Source: an uncultured Acidimicrobiaceae bacterium
Lineage (GTDB): Bacteria > Actinomycetota > Acidimicrobiia > Acidimicrobiales > RAAP-2
Direction: 5' to 3'
Length of the DNA stretch: 64,000 nucleotides
Assembly (NCBI GenBank): GCA_963717035.1
Contig: CAVQVK010000051.1
Coordinates: 70,685-134,684, forward strand
How positions within the stretch are numbered: position 1 is the first letter of the stretch; every line of letters starts with the position of its first letter. The position numbers were made by a program, and so were the translations under genes. Below, in pieces: positions 10,138-21,775 of this stretch. Below the pieces are notes generated by a model. It did no database searches. It saw only the letters and a list, made by a program, of their open reading frames with translations, and was not told the origin of the DNA.

Positions 10138-10144
10138 GCGGAGG

Positions 10145-12781
<2,637 letters not shown>

Positions 12782-12837
12782 TTATCAGTTGGACCGCCCG
12801 AGACCTGGGCATCCGGCCCCACGGCCATCGTGGTCGC

Positions 12838-14276
12838 CTAGCCGTCTCGCTCGTGGTCGGCCACCTCGTGGCGGAAGGCCACGGACCGGGCCCGGAGGGC
12901 GGTCTCCGGGTCGATCCCCAACTGCCGGGCCACGCTCACCAGTGAGAACAGCAGGTCGCCCATCTCAGGCTCGGGGACCGGCTGCACCTCCCGGTCTGAT
13001 TCCCGATCGGGACCGCCGCTTCCCGATCGGAACCCGCTTCCTCGGCTCCCGCACCTGTCACCGGCACCATCCGGTGGAGGCCGGCCACGATGGCGTCCAC
13101 CTCGAGGGACCCGCCCGGCAGCTCGATGCCGACGGTCAGGGCCTTGCGCTGCAGCTTTGCCGCCAAGGCCAAGGCGGGCATGGCTGCGGGAATGCCCTCG
13201 GTCACGCTGGCCCGGCCCTTCTCCGCCTTCTTGAGCGCCTCCCAGTTGCTCGCCACCTGGTCGGGCGAGTCCGCCACCGTGTCTCCGAAGACATGGGGGT
13301 GACGGGAGACCAGCTTGTCGTGCACACCCCGGGCCACGTCGGCCAGCGAGAAACGCCCCTCCTCGGCGGCCAAGGTGGCGTGGAAGTACACCTGGAAGAG
13401 CAGGTCGCCCAGCTCTTCTTCCAGGTGGGCCACGGCGTGCTCCACCCGCTCGGGCGGCGCTCCGGCGTCGGCGTCCACCGCGACCAGCTCGTCGATGGCC
13501 TCGAGGGCCTCGTAGGACTCTTCGAGCAGATGGCGGGAGAGGGAACCGTGCGTCTGTTCCCGATCCCACGGGCACCGTTCCCGCAGGGTGTGGACCAACT
13601 CGTCGAGCCGGGCCAGCTCGCCGGCGACCGGCGCGGCGAGCTCAGGGATCCACAGCGAGGTGAGGTGGTCGGGCTCGAAGGACCGGTCGAGCTCCTCCCA
13701 CGGGAGGTCCCACACCGCTTCGTCGGCCATCCCCAGGTGATGGAGCACGGTCACCGTCGTCCCGGCCGGCGGGTCGGCGGCCAGCTTCACACCGGAGAGG
13801 ACCGCCTTGGACCAGCACTGGGCCACGAGCAACGGACCGCGCATGCCCGCGGCGTCGGTGGCGAACGACTCGCCGTCGACCAGCCGCACCCCGGCGGCCA
13901 GGGGGTCGATACCCAATCGGGCATAGGCCAGGTCGAGAAAGGAGAGGGCCGGGTGGACGACGACGGCGACACGGCCGGCGACCACGGCATCGTCGGCTCG
14001 GAGCAACGTGACCGTGCGCTCGGCCACCAACGGGGACCCGGGCACGGCGTAGACCACGGGGCCGGAACGGGCCGCGTCGACCAGGTCGGCGACGATGGCC
14101 CGGTAGACGGCATCGAAGGTGTCCTCGTGCTCGTAATGGTGGTCGAACGAGCGCGCCTCGGGCGTCAGCACGGCCGAGGGGTGCCGGGTCGTCCGCACGA
14201 AGAGCGTGTCGGCTCCGGCCATCAGGTCCCGCGCCGACTGGGTGATCAGGTCGGGTCCGGCCGGCCCGAGGCCCAC
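12838..14276 (-). CDS. mazG: MazG nucleoside triphosphate pyrophosphohydrolase fused to an N-terminal tetrapyrrole-methylase-like domain (YabN type); 1 frameshift near 13000
   Basis: GLGPAGPDLIT...VYAVPGSPLVAE (methylase-like domain). Then CPWDREQTH, EE.GDLLFQV and a second EMGDLLFSLV repeat in another frame. GTG start at 14276; ATG at 14346 is possible if another indel exists. Confidence 0.8.
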
Positions 14277-14369
14277 GACATCGATGCGGGAGGCGCGCGG
14301 AGCAGCACTCGGCGGCCGACCGGTCCGCCGCCGTCGGGTCGGTCATGGGCGCGCGGTCACGACGGGCTG

Positions 14370-15476
14370 TCAGCCGCCACTGTTCAAGGCCGCGGCCAAG
14401 AGATCCGTGGCCCGTGGCCCCGGCGGGGGCACGATGCGAGCCACGGACCAGGTGCCGTAGCGGGGGTCGACCGAGACCGAGGACTGCCGGGCGAACTTCT
14501 TCACCTCGTTGGCCACCCGGGTCTGGTTGCCGGTGGCGCGCAGGAGGTCCTGGCGGATGATGGGCGTGGCGTTGGCCAGGGACTGGGTGACCTCACCGGT
14601 CACCTCGAAGATGATCCACGCCCCCGAGGACGCGTTCTGCACCGGCGCGGCCGGGGTGCCCACGGTGAGCGAGGAGACCTGCAGCTCTTGCTCAACCGAG
14701 GCGACGGTGAAGTTGCATCCCAACGCGCCGCCGTTGGGCGCCGAGTTGGTGTCGAGGGAGCTGGCCTTGGCCACCGAGGCGAACGACGCGCCCGCGTTGA
14801 TCTGGGCCAGCAACGCGTTGGCGTGAGCCTGGGTGTCGGACTCGATGGCACTGACGCAGGCCCCTTTGAACTGGGTCGGGTTCTTTGCGTAGTAGTTGGC
14901 GATGGCGGCGGGGGTGATGGTGATCCCCGTGGCCAGCAGCCTGTCCTCGACGGCCTGCGACTGGATCTGGGCGCTCCGCAGCGACGGCGGCAGGCCGGCC
15001 AACACCTGGGCCCCGGTGACGGCCTGGCCGTTGTTCAACTGGCAGAAGGACTGCTGTCCCACCGCGTTGGCCTGTGACAGCTGGGACGAGATCGATCCGT
15101 TGAAGAAGGACTCGACCTCGGATTGCGCCGTGGCCAGCTGAGCGGGTGTCACCTGGATGTTCCGGGCTGCGGCGTATTGGTCGTAGAGGATATTGCTCAC
15201 GCCCTGATGCAAGATGCCGTCCACGAAGTTGACGTCATAGGTGCCCGAGCCCCCCTGGCCCTGGACCTGCACGGCGCTGCCCGCCGCCTCGATCGTCAAC
15301 AGGCACGCTCCGGCCTGTGTGGTCTCATAGGCGCTCAGCTGGTTGTTCAGCGTTCCCATCGCGATGGTCGTGCCGTTGACCGTGGCGGCCGGGGGCGTCA
15401 CCTGGCACGCCGAGGCCAGTCCACCGGCGACGACGAGCAGCACGAGGACGGAGATGGCAGACACGAGGCGCTTCAC
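14370..15476 (-). CDS. SurA-N/PpiC-like secreted or lipoprotein chaperone (putative peptidyl-prolyl isomerase)
   Basis: Intact 368-aa ORF with GTG start. Signal peptide ending GGLASAC (lipobox-like). Has the overall Gln/Ala-rich SurA-N-like organisation. In the gene neighbourhoods I recall, an envelope protein occupies the position between mfd and mazG. Confidence 0.6.
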   Translation of the reverse strand: MKRLVSAISVLVLLVVAGGLASACQVTPPAATVNGTTIAMGTLNNQLSAYETTQAGACLLTIEAAGSAVQVQGQGGSGTYDVNFVDGILHQGVSNILYDQYAAARNIQVTPAQLATAQSEVESFFNGSISSQLSQANAVGQQSFCQLNNGQAVTGAQVLAGLPPSLRSAQIQSQAVEDRLLATGITITPAAIANYYAKNPTQFKGACVSAIESDTQAHANALLAQINAGASFASVAKASSLDTNSAPNGGALGCNFTVASVEQELQVSSLTVGTPAAPVQNASSGAWIIFEVTGEVTQSLANATPIIRQDLLRATGNQTRVANEVKKFARQSSVSVDPRYGTWSVARIVPPPGPRATDLLAAALNSGG

Positions 15477-15488
15477 GGCGGCGATGCT

Positions 15489-15588
15489 ACCGGTTGGCGC
15501 CGGTGGCGTCGGGTGCAGATCAGCACCGGTTGGCGCCGGCGGCGTTGGTTGCAGTTCAGCAGCGGTTCGCGCCGTTGGTGGTCAGTGC
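15489..15588. repeat. 36-bp tandem repeat, about 2.8 copies, intergenic between the mfd stop and the SurA-like start
   Basis: accggttggcgccggtggcgtcgggtgcagatcagc / accggttggcgccggcggcgttggttgcagttcagc / agcggttcgcgccgttggtggtcagtgc (degenerate). Confidence 0.85.
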
Positions 15589-15637
15589 CGGGAACGCCCG
15601 ACGCGACGTGCCGTCAGGGGCGCGGTCAGCGGTGTCG

Positions 15638-18600
15638 TCAGTTGGCACCGCTGATCGTGACCGCCGCCGCTTCGACCGGCGGGGGGATGAGCGATCGCAG
15701 CAGCTCCACCAGGACCGGCGCGTAGCGCTGCTCGGGGCCGTCGGCCACCACCGGGACCAGGAGACGGCGAAGATCCTCGTGCCAGCTGGCTCCGGGCGCC
15801 AAACGCCGTAGCCGTATCTCCGCCGAAGCTGGAAGCCACACCGGCGACATCTTCACCGTCGCCCGCCCACCACCGAGGCCGGATCCCGGGCGCGGCGCCG
15901 ACACGGCCAGGTCGGTGATGCCCAACCGGATGCACTCCACTCGCAGGAGGGCCACGTCGAGCAACGCCACCGCCGGGGGCGGAAGCGGGCCGAACCGGTC
16001 CTCCCACTCGGTGCGCACGTCGTCGACCTCGGCCACCGTGCGCACGCCGGTGAGGCGCCGGTAGGCCTCGAGGCGGACGTCCTCGGCTTCGACGTAGGTC
16101 GGAGGCAGATGGGCGGCGTCGGGCAGGTCGATGGACAGGTCCACGGGAGCGGGACGGGCCTCGCCCTTCAGCTCGGCCACCGCCTCGGACACCATCTGGA
16201 CGTAGAGGTCGTAGCCGACGGCGGCGATGTGGCCCGACTGGTCCCGGCCGAGCAGGTTGCCCGCCCCCCGGATCTGCAGGTCGCGCAAGGCGATCTTGAA
16301 ACCGGAGCCCAGCTCGGTGTGGTCGCCGATGGTCCGGAGACGCTCGTAGGCCTGCTCGGTCAGCACCCGGTCGGCTGGATGGAACAGGTACGCGTACGCC
16401 CGCTGGCCCGCCCTCCCGACCCGGCCCCGCAGCTGGTGGAGCTGACCCAGCCCCAACAGGTCGGCGCGGTCGACCACCAGCGTGTTCACCGTGGGCATGT
16501 CGATGCCCGACTCGATGATGGTGGTGCACACCAAGACGTCGTGCTTCCCCTCCCAGAACTCCATGACCACCTGCTCGAGGGAGCCCTCGTCCATCTGCCC
16601 GTGGGCCACGGCCACCCGAGCCTCGGGGGCGAGCCGGCGGACCTGCTCGGCCACGGCATCGATGCTCTGGACGCGGTTGTGGACGTAGAAGACCTGACCC
16701 TCGCGGAGCAGCTCGCGCCGGATGGCCTCCGACGCCGCCGCCGACTCGAACTCCCCCACGTGGGTGAGGATCGGCCGGCGCTCGGCCGGCGGCGTGTTCA
16801 CCATGGACAGGTCCCGGATGCCGGTCAGGGCCATCTCCAGGGTGCGGGGGATGGGGCTGGCCGTCAGGGTGAGCACGTCCACCCCGTCGGACATGGCCTT
16901 GATCGTCTCCTTGTGGGAGACCCCGAAGCGCTGCTCCTCGTCCACGACCAGCAAGCCGAGCTTCTTGAAGGCGATGTCGGCGGCCAACAGGCGATGGGTG
17001 CCGATGACCACGTCGACCGAGCCGTCGGCCAAACCGTCGACCACCTTTTTGGCCTGGGCATTGGTCAGGAACCGGCTGAGCAGCTCGACGCGCACCGGGA
17101 ACGGCGCATACCGCTCGGTGAACGTCTGGAAGTGCTGGCTGGCCAGCAGCGTGGTCGGGACGAGCACGGCCGCCTGGGTCCCCTCTTGCACCGCCTTGAA
17201 CACGGCGCGGATGGCCACTTCGGTCTTGCCGAACCCGACGTCGCCGCACACCAGCCGGTCCATGGGCAGTGGCTGCTCCATGTCCGCCTTCACGTCCTCG
17301 ATGGCCCGGAGCTGATCGGACGTCTCCACGAACGGGAACGAGGACTCCATCTCGGTCTGCCAGGGCGTGTCCGGCCCGAAGGCGCGGCCCTCCACCTCGA
17401 GCCGCCGGCGGTACAGCTCGACCAGCTCCTGGGCGATCTCGTGGACCGCGGCCCTGGCCTTGGAACGGGCTCGCTGCCACTCAGAACCCCCCAGGCGGTT
17501 GACCGTCGGCGAGTCTCCTCCCGCGTAGGGCGTGAGCAGCTCGATCTGGTCGGTGGGCAGATAGAGCTTGTCGCCGCCCCGGTACTCGAGCAGGAGGTAG
17601 TCGCGGGTGGAGCCGCCCATGGTCCTGGTGACCATGCCGCCGTACTTGGCCACTCCGTGCTGGCGGTGGACGACGTAGTTCCCCGGGGCCAGGTCGTCGA
17701 AGAACCCGTCGACCGGCCGGGCCCGGGTGCGGGCTTGGCGGTGGGGACGGTGGCGCCCGGTGACGTCGGATTCGGCCAGGACGGCCACCTTGGAGGCGGG
17801 GACGATGAACCCCCGGTCGACCGAGGCCACCACGATCTGCGCTCCGGGCCTCGGAGGCGATTGGTCAGCTCCGGGCCTCGGAGGCGATTGGTCAGCTCCG
17901 GGCCTCGGAGCTTTCTGGCCGCCGCGGCCGACCCATCTGCTCCTCTGGGACCGCTGACTCCGGCACCGCCGTCAGCCGCCTCGCCCCCCTCGTCCCCGAC
18001 GATGGGTACGGTGACGCCTTCCTCGGCCAGGATGGTGGCCAGCCGCTCGGCCCCGGTACGGCTCCCGGCGCACAGCACGACGGTGAAACCCCCGTCGACC
18101 AGGTTTCGGACCTGATCGGCCAGTTTGGCCCCGTCGCCCAGGATGGGCTCCCAGCCCCGGCTCTCGACTGCCGGGACCTCGGGTCCTTCTGCCGTCGGGA
18201 CCAGCGAGAGCATGGCCGCGTCGCTCTCGGAAAGAAGCCGGTCGAAGGGCACATGGAGCCGAGGTGCGCCCGCCCCCGCCTCGAGCCCCCAGGTCCCGGC
18301 CAGCGCATCGGCCAGAGCGGACTCCTCGTCGGCCAGCTCCTCGGCCCGTTGGCGGACCCGCCGGGGCTCGACCACGATGACCACCGCATCCTGGGGGAGC
18401 AGGTCGGTGATGATCTCCTCGTTCGGGGACAGCCACGGGAGCCACGACTCCATGCCGTCGAACAGGGCACCGTCGGACAGCTGCTCCCACTGGTGGCGAC
18501 CCCACGGTGCCGTGCCCACCAGCGTGGCCGCGACGCGGCGCACGTCGTCGTCGGGCACCAGCTCGCGACAGCCGAAGAGGGAGACGGCGTCGACGCTGGC

Positions 18601-19242
18601 CGTCGACCGCTGGTCGGCGACGTCGAAACGAGTCAGGCGGTCGACCTCGTCGCCCCACAGGTCGATCCGGACGGGCTCGTTATCGGTCGAGGGGAAGACA
18701 TCGACGATGCCGCCCCGCACGGCCAGCTCGCCGCGGTGTTCCACCAGGGACTCGCGCCGGTAACCCATGCCCACCAGCCGGGCGACCAACTCGTCGACCA
18801 CCAACGAGTCACCTTGGGCGATGGTTACGGGACGGGCGGCGTGGCGCCACGGCCCGAGTTGCTGGAGGACGGCCTTGATCGGGGCCACTACCACGCCGGG
18901 CGAGCGGTCGTCGGGCTGGCCCGCCAGTTGCCACAGCAGCTGGAGGCGTCGTCCCATCGTCGAGACCTCGGGGCTCACCCGTTCGAAGGGCAACGTCTCC
19001 CAGGCCGGGAACAACCGCACTGTTTCGGGGCTGAACACATCGAGGTCGTGGGCCAGCTGTTCCGCCGCGGTGCCCGTCGGGGTGATGACCAGCACGGGCC
19101 GACGGGTGCTGAGCCGGATCACGCCGGCCAGGGTGAAGGCCTGGGCCGGGGTGGACACGGCCAGGGTGGCGCTGGACGCGCCGATCACCCGCGCCATGGC
19201 GGGTTCGTTGCGAAGGAGGGCCGGGAGCGAGCGCAGGCTCAC
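15638..19242 (-). CDS. mfd: Transcription-repair coupling factor Mfd (frame change near 17830-17920 as assembled)
   Basis: N-terminal UvrB-homology region (ORF 17290-19242). C-terminal RID/helicase/TD domains (ORF 15638-17833) with DRLVCGDVGFGKTEVA, LLVVDEEQRFGV, TATPIPRTL-like TASPIPRTL and QLHQLRGRVGR. Confidence 0.9.
17842..17910. repeat. 27-bp tandem repeat, about 2.5 copies, inside the mfd inter-domain linker
   Basis: The unit ctccgggcctcggaggcgattggtcag occurs twice, followed by ctccgggcctcggag. It encodes LTNRLRGPE units in one frame and DQSPPRPGA in the downstream mfd frame. Confidence 0.9.
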
Positions 19243-19281
19243 CTGGTCAGGGTACCGGGATGGTGCGACGAGGCCGACGGG

Positions 19282-19898
19282 TCACGCGAGGCTGTTGAAT
19301 CGGTTCATGGCCACCTCGATGCCCTCGCTCACGATGGCTTCCACCGAGTCGGCGGCCACCGCCTCGGCCACCTCGAGCACCGTTCGCTCGGCACTCCCGG
19401 GGCGCTTCAAGACGTAGTCGGCCCCGGGTTGGCGTCCGGGCGGCTTCCCGATCCCCATGCGACGCGCAGATAGCCGTTGCCGTGCAGGTGGTTGTCGATG
19501 GACTTGAGGCCGTTGTGACCGGCATTGCCCCCACCGACCTTCAGCTTCACCCGACCCGAGGGGAGATCGAGCTCGTCGTGCACCACCACCAGCCCGGCCA
19601 GGCCCTGGTTGTCGCTCAGTCCGGCCCGGCGGACCAGAGGGGCCACGGCCACGCCCGACTCGTTCATGTACACCGTCGGGACGGCCAGCATCACCCGGCG
19701 GCCGGCGATCTGGACGGTGGTGGCCACGGCGTGGAGGCCCTTCTCGTTCTTCAGGCGGCCTCCGTGGCGCTCGGCCAACAAGCCACGGCGTCCGCACCCA
19801 CGTTGTGCCGGGTTCCGGCGAACTCCGGCCCCGGGATTGCCCAGCCCCACCACGAGCAGGTCGGCCGGCGAACCGGTCCGGGAGCGGAAGAGGCTCAG
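19282..19898 (-). CDS. pth: Peptidyl-tRNA hydrolase (at least 2 frameshifts; start uncertain)
   Basis: LLVVGLGNPG, MNESG, VVHDELDLP.G..KLK.GGG..GHNGLKS in one frame. C-terminus RMGIGKPPG...DYVL in another frame. Confidence 0.8.
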
Positions 19899-20563
19899 CC
19901 TTCGCCCTCGCTGCTGGCCTCGCCGGCCTCGGCACGCCACTTCGCCCTCGACGCCCTCTTCGCCCTCGACGCCTTCGCCCTCGAAGCCCTCTTCGCCGGT
20001 GGTGGCCACCCGTGGCGGCTGGCCGGTGACGACCGAGACGTCGTCGTCGATGTCGGCGGTGACCCCTTCGGGCAGCGTGATGTCGGACACCTTCAACGAG
20101 GCGCCGATGATCAGCTCCGAGATGTCGATCTCGAGCGACGAGGGGATCGACGCGGGACGGCCCGGATGGGCAGGGTGAAGAGCTGCTGGTCGACGACCCC
20201 GTCGCCGTGGTGGACCTCGATGGCCTCGCCGATCAGGTTGATGGTGACCTCGGCGGCGATGACCTCGTCACGCCGGACGATCAGGAAGTCGACGTGGGTC
20301 ACCGTGCCCTTGACCGGGTGCCGCTGGATGTCACGGGCCAGGGTCAGGTAGCTGGTCCCGGCGACGTCCAAGGTGAGCAACGTGTTCAGGCTGGCCTCAC
20401 CGGACATGGCCGTCCGGAACTCCCGGGCCACCACGGACACGGGCACCGGGTCGGTGCCGTGGCCGTACACCACTCCGGGGAGCTTTCCCTCGTTCCGCAA
20501 GCGGCGCGTCGAGCTGGTGCCGATGGTTCGGCCGGGCTCGGCGACAAGCGTGGTCTCGGGCAT
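19895..20563 (-). CDS. rplY: 50S ribosomal protein L25 / general stress protein Ctc (at least 2 frameshifts; acidic C-terminal tail)
   Basis: ATG at 20563 preceded by GAGGAG. RRLRNEGKLPGVVYGHG...HPVKGTVTHVDFL, then ...LKVSDITLPEGV... in a second frame. E/G-rich tail ends at TGA 19897-19895 in a third frame. Confidence 0.8.
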
Positions 20564-20668
20564 GCGGAAACTCCTCAGGTAATGCTGACAGGGGCGCAGC
20601 GCCACCGGTCGCCGACCGGCAGGTCGGGGACAGCCGCTGCTGACGGGCTTACAGCATAGACAGTGCGA

Positions 20669-20760
20669 GGGTCCTCGAGCGACCCGGGCCCCCGCACTGC
20701 CCTGGTCCTCGAGCTGACCCGGGCCAAACCACCCGCCGGTCCTCGAGCTGAGCCGGGTCC
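20669..20760. repeat. Three direct copies of a ~22-bp GC-rich motif (GGTCCTCGAGCTGACCCGGGCC) spaced about 34 bp apart in the prs-ctc intergenic region
   Basis: Copies at 20669-20690, 20704-20725 and 20738-20760, read directly from the sequence. Confidence 0.85.
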
Positions 20761-20793
20761 ACAGACCCGCCTGGGCCCCGCCCGGAGCCAATG

Positions 20794-21765
20794 CTAGACC
20801 AGGTTGTCCCCGCCGAAGATCTCCGAGACCGAGGTGTCCTCGAACACGGCGTCGATGGCGTCGGAGATCAATTTGGCCACCGAGAGCACCTCGAGCTTGT
20901 CGAAGCGCCGATCGGGCGTGATGGGCAGCGTGTTGGTCACCACAACCTTGGTCAGCGCCGAATTCTTCAGCCGATCGACGGCCGGGTCGGACAGCACCGC
21001 GTGGGTGGCCATGGCCCACACCTCGGTGGCCCCTCGCTCGGCCAAGAGGTCGGCGGCGGCGACGATGGTCCCAGCGGTGTCGATCATGTCGTCGATGAGC
21101 ACACAGGTCCGGCCCTCGACGTCGCCCACCACGTGGAGGGCCTCGACCGTGTTGGCCTTCACGTGGGACCGGCGCTTGTGCACCACGGCCAGGTCGGCCC
21201 CCAGGTGCTGGCCGAACCGGTCGGCCACCCGCACCCGACCGGCATCGGGGGCCACCACGACCAGGTCCTCGGTCGCTTGGGCCCGCAGGTACTCGACCAG
21301 GACGGGCGCAGCCGTCAGGTGGTCGAAGGGCACGTCGAAGAACCCCTGGATCTGACCGGAGTGCAGGTCCACGCTGACCACCCGGTCGGCCCCGGCCACC
21401 GACAACATGTCGGCCACCAGCTTGGCCGTGATCGGCTCACGTCCGGTGGCCTTGCGGTCCTGGCGGGAGTAGCCGTAGTAGGGGCACACCGCGGTGATCC
21501 GCTTGGCCGAGGCCCGCTTGGCCGCGTCGATCATGATCAGGTGCTCCATCAACGAGTCGTTGACCGGACCGCAGTGGGTCTGCACGATGAACACGTCGCT
21601 GCCCCGGATCGAAGCCCCGTAGCGACAGTGGATCTCGCCGTTGGCGAATTCGCGGAGGTTGGCCTCACCCAGCTCCACCCCCAGCTGGCCGGCGATATCT
21701 CTGGCCAACTCAGGATGTGAGCGGCCCGAGACCAACTCCAGGCGTCGCTGGGGCGTGAACTCCAT
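20794..21765 (-). CDS. prs: Ribose-phosphate pyrophosphokinase
   Basis: Intact. Motifs GEI.CRY..SIRG.DVFIVQ, YYGYSRQDRK and VLIDDMIDTAGT. Confidence 0.92.
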   Translation of the reverse strand: MEFTPQRRLELVSGRSHPELARDIAGQLGVELGEANLREFANGEIHCRYGASIRGSDVFIVQTHCGPVNDSLMEHLIMIDAAKRASAKRITAVCPYYGYSRQDRKATGREPITAKLVADMLSVAGADRVVSVDLHSGQIQGFFDVPFDHLTAAPVLVEYLRAQATEDLVVVAPDAGRVRVADRFGQHLGADLAVVHKRRSHVKANTVEALHVVGDVEGRTCVLIDDMIDTAGTIVAAADLLAERGATEVWAMATHAVLSDPAVDRLKNSALTKVVVTNTLPITPDRRFDKLEVLSVAKLISDAIDAVFEDTSVSEIFGGDNLV

Positions 21766-21775
21766 GGCCCCGACG

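Noticed and set aside
1582-10140. The lower-G+C island as a prophage, ICE or transposon.
   Set aside because: I could read no integrase, transposase, recombinase, terminal inverted repeats or flanking tRNA. The island contents are all envelope-biogenesis genes. Horizontal origin remains possible, but a mobile-element call is unsupported.
12789-15077. A 762-aa ORF on the plus strand, the longest ORF in this part of the track.
   Set aside because: It lies antisense to the recognisable mazG and SurA-like genes. Its translation is Arg/Gly/Pro/His-rich low-complexity sequence, typical of shadow ORFs in high-G+C DNA, and it contains no family motif.
16109-18115. A 668-aa plus-strand ORF, with similar ones at 18253-19473 and 10748-11674.
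   Set aside because: They are antisense to mfd, and to ftsB/eno in the last case. They have the same Arg/Gly/Pro-rich shadow-ORF composition, and the opposite strand carries unmistakable Mfd helicase motifs.
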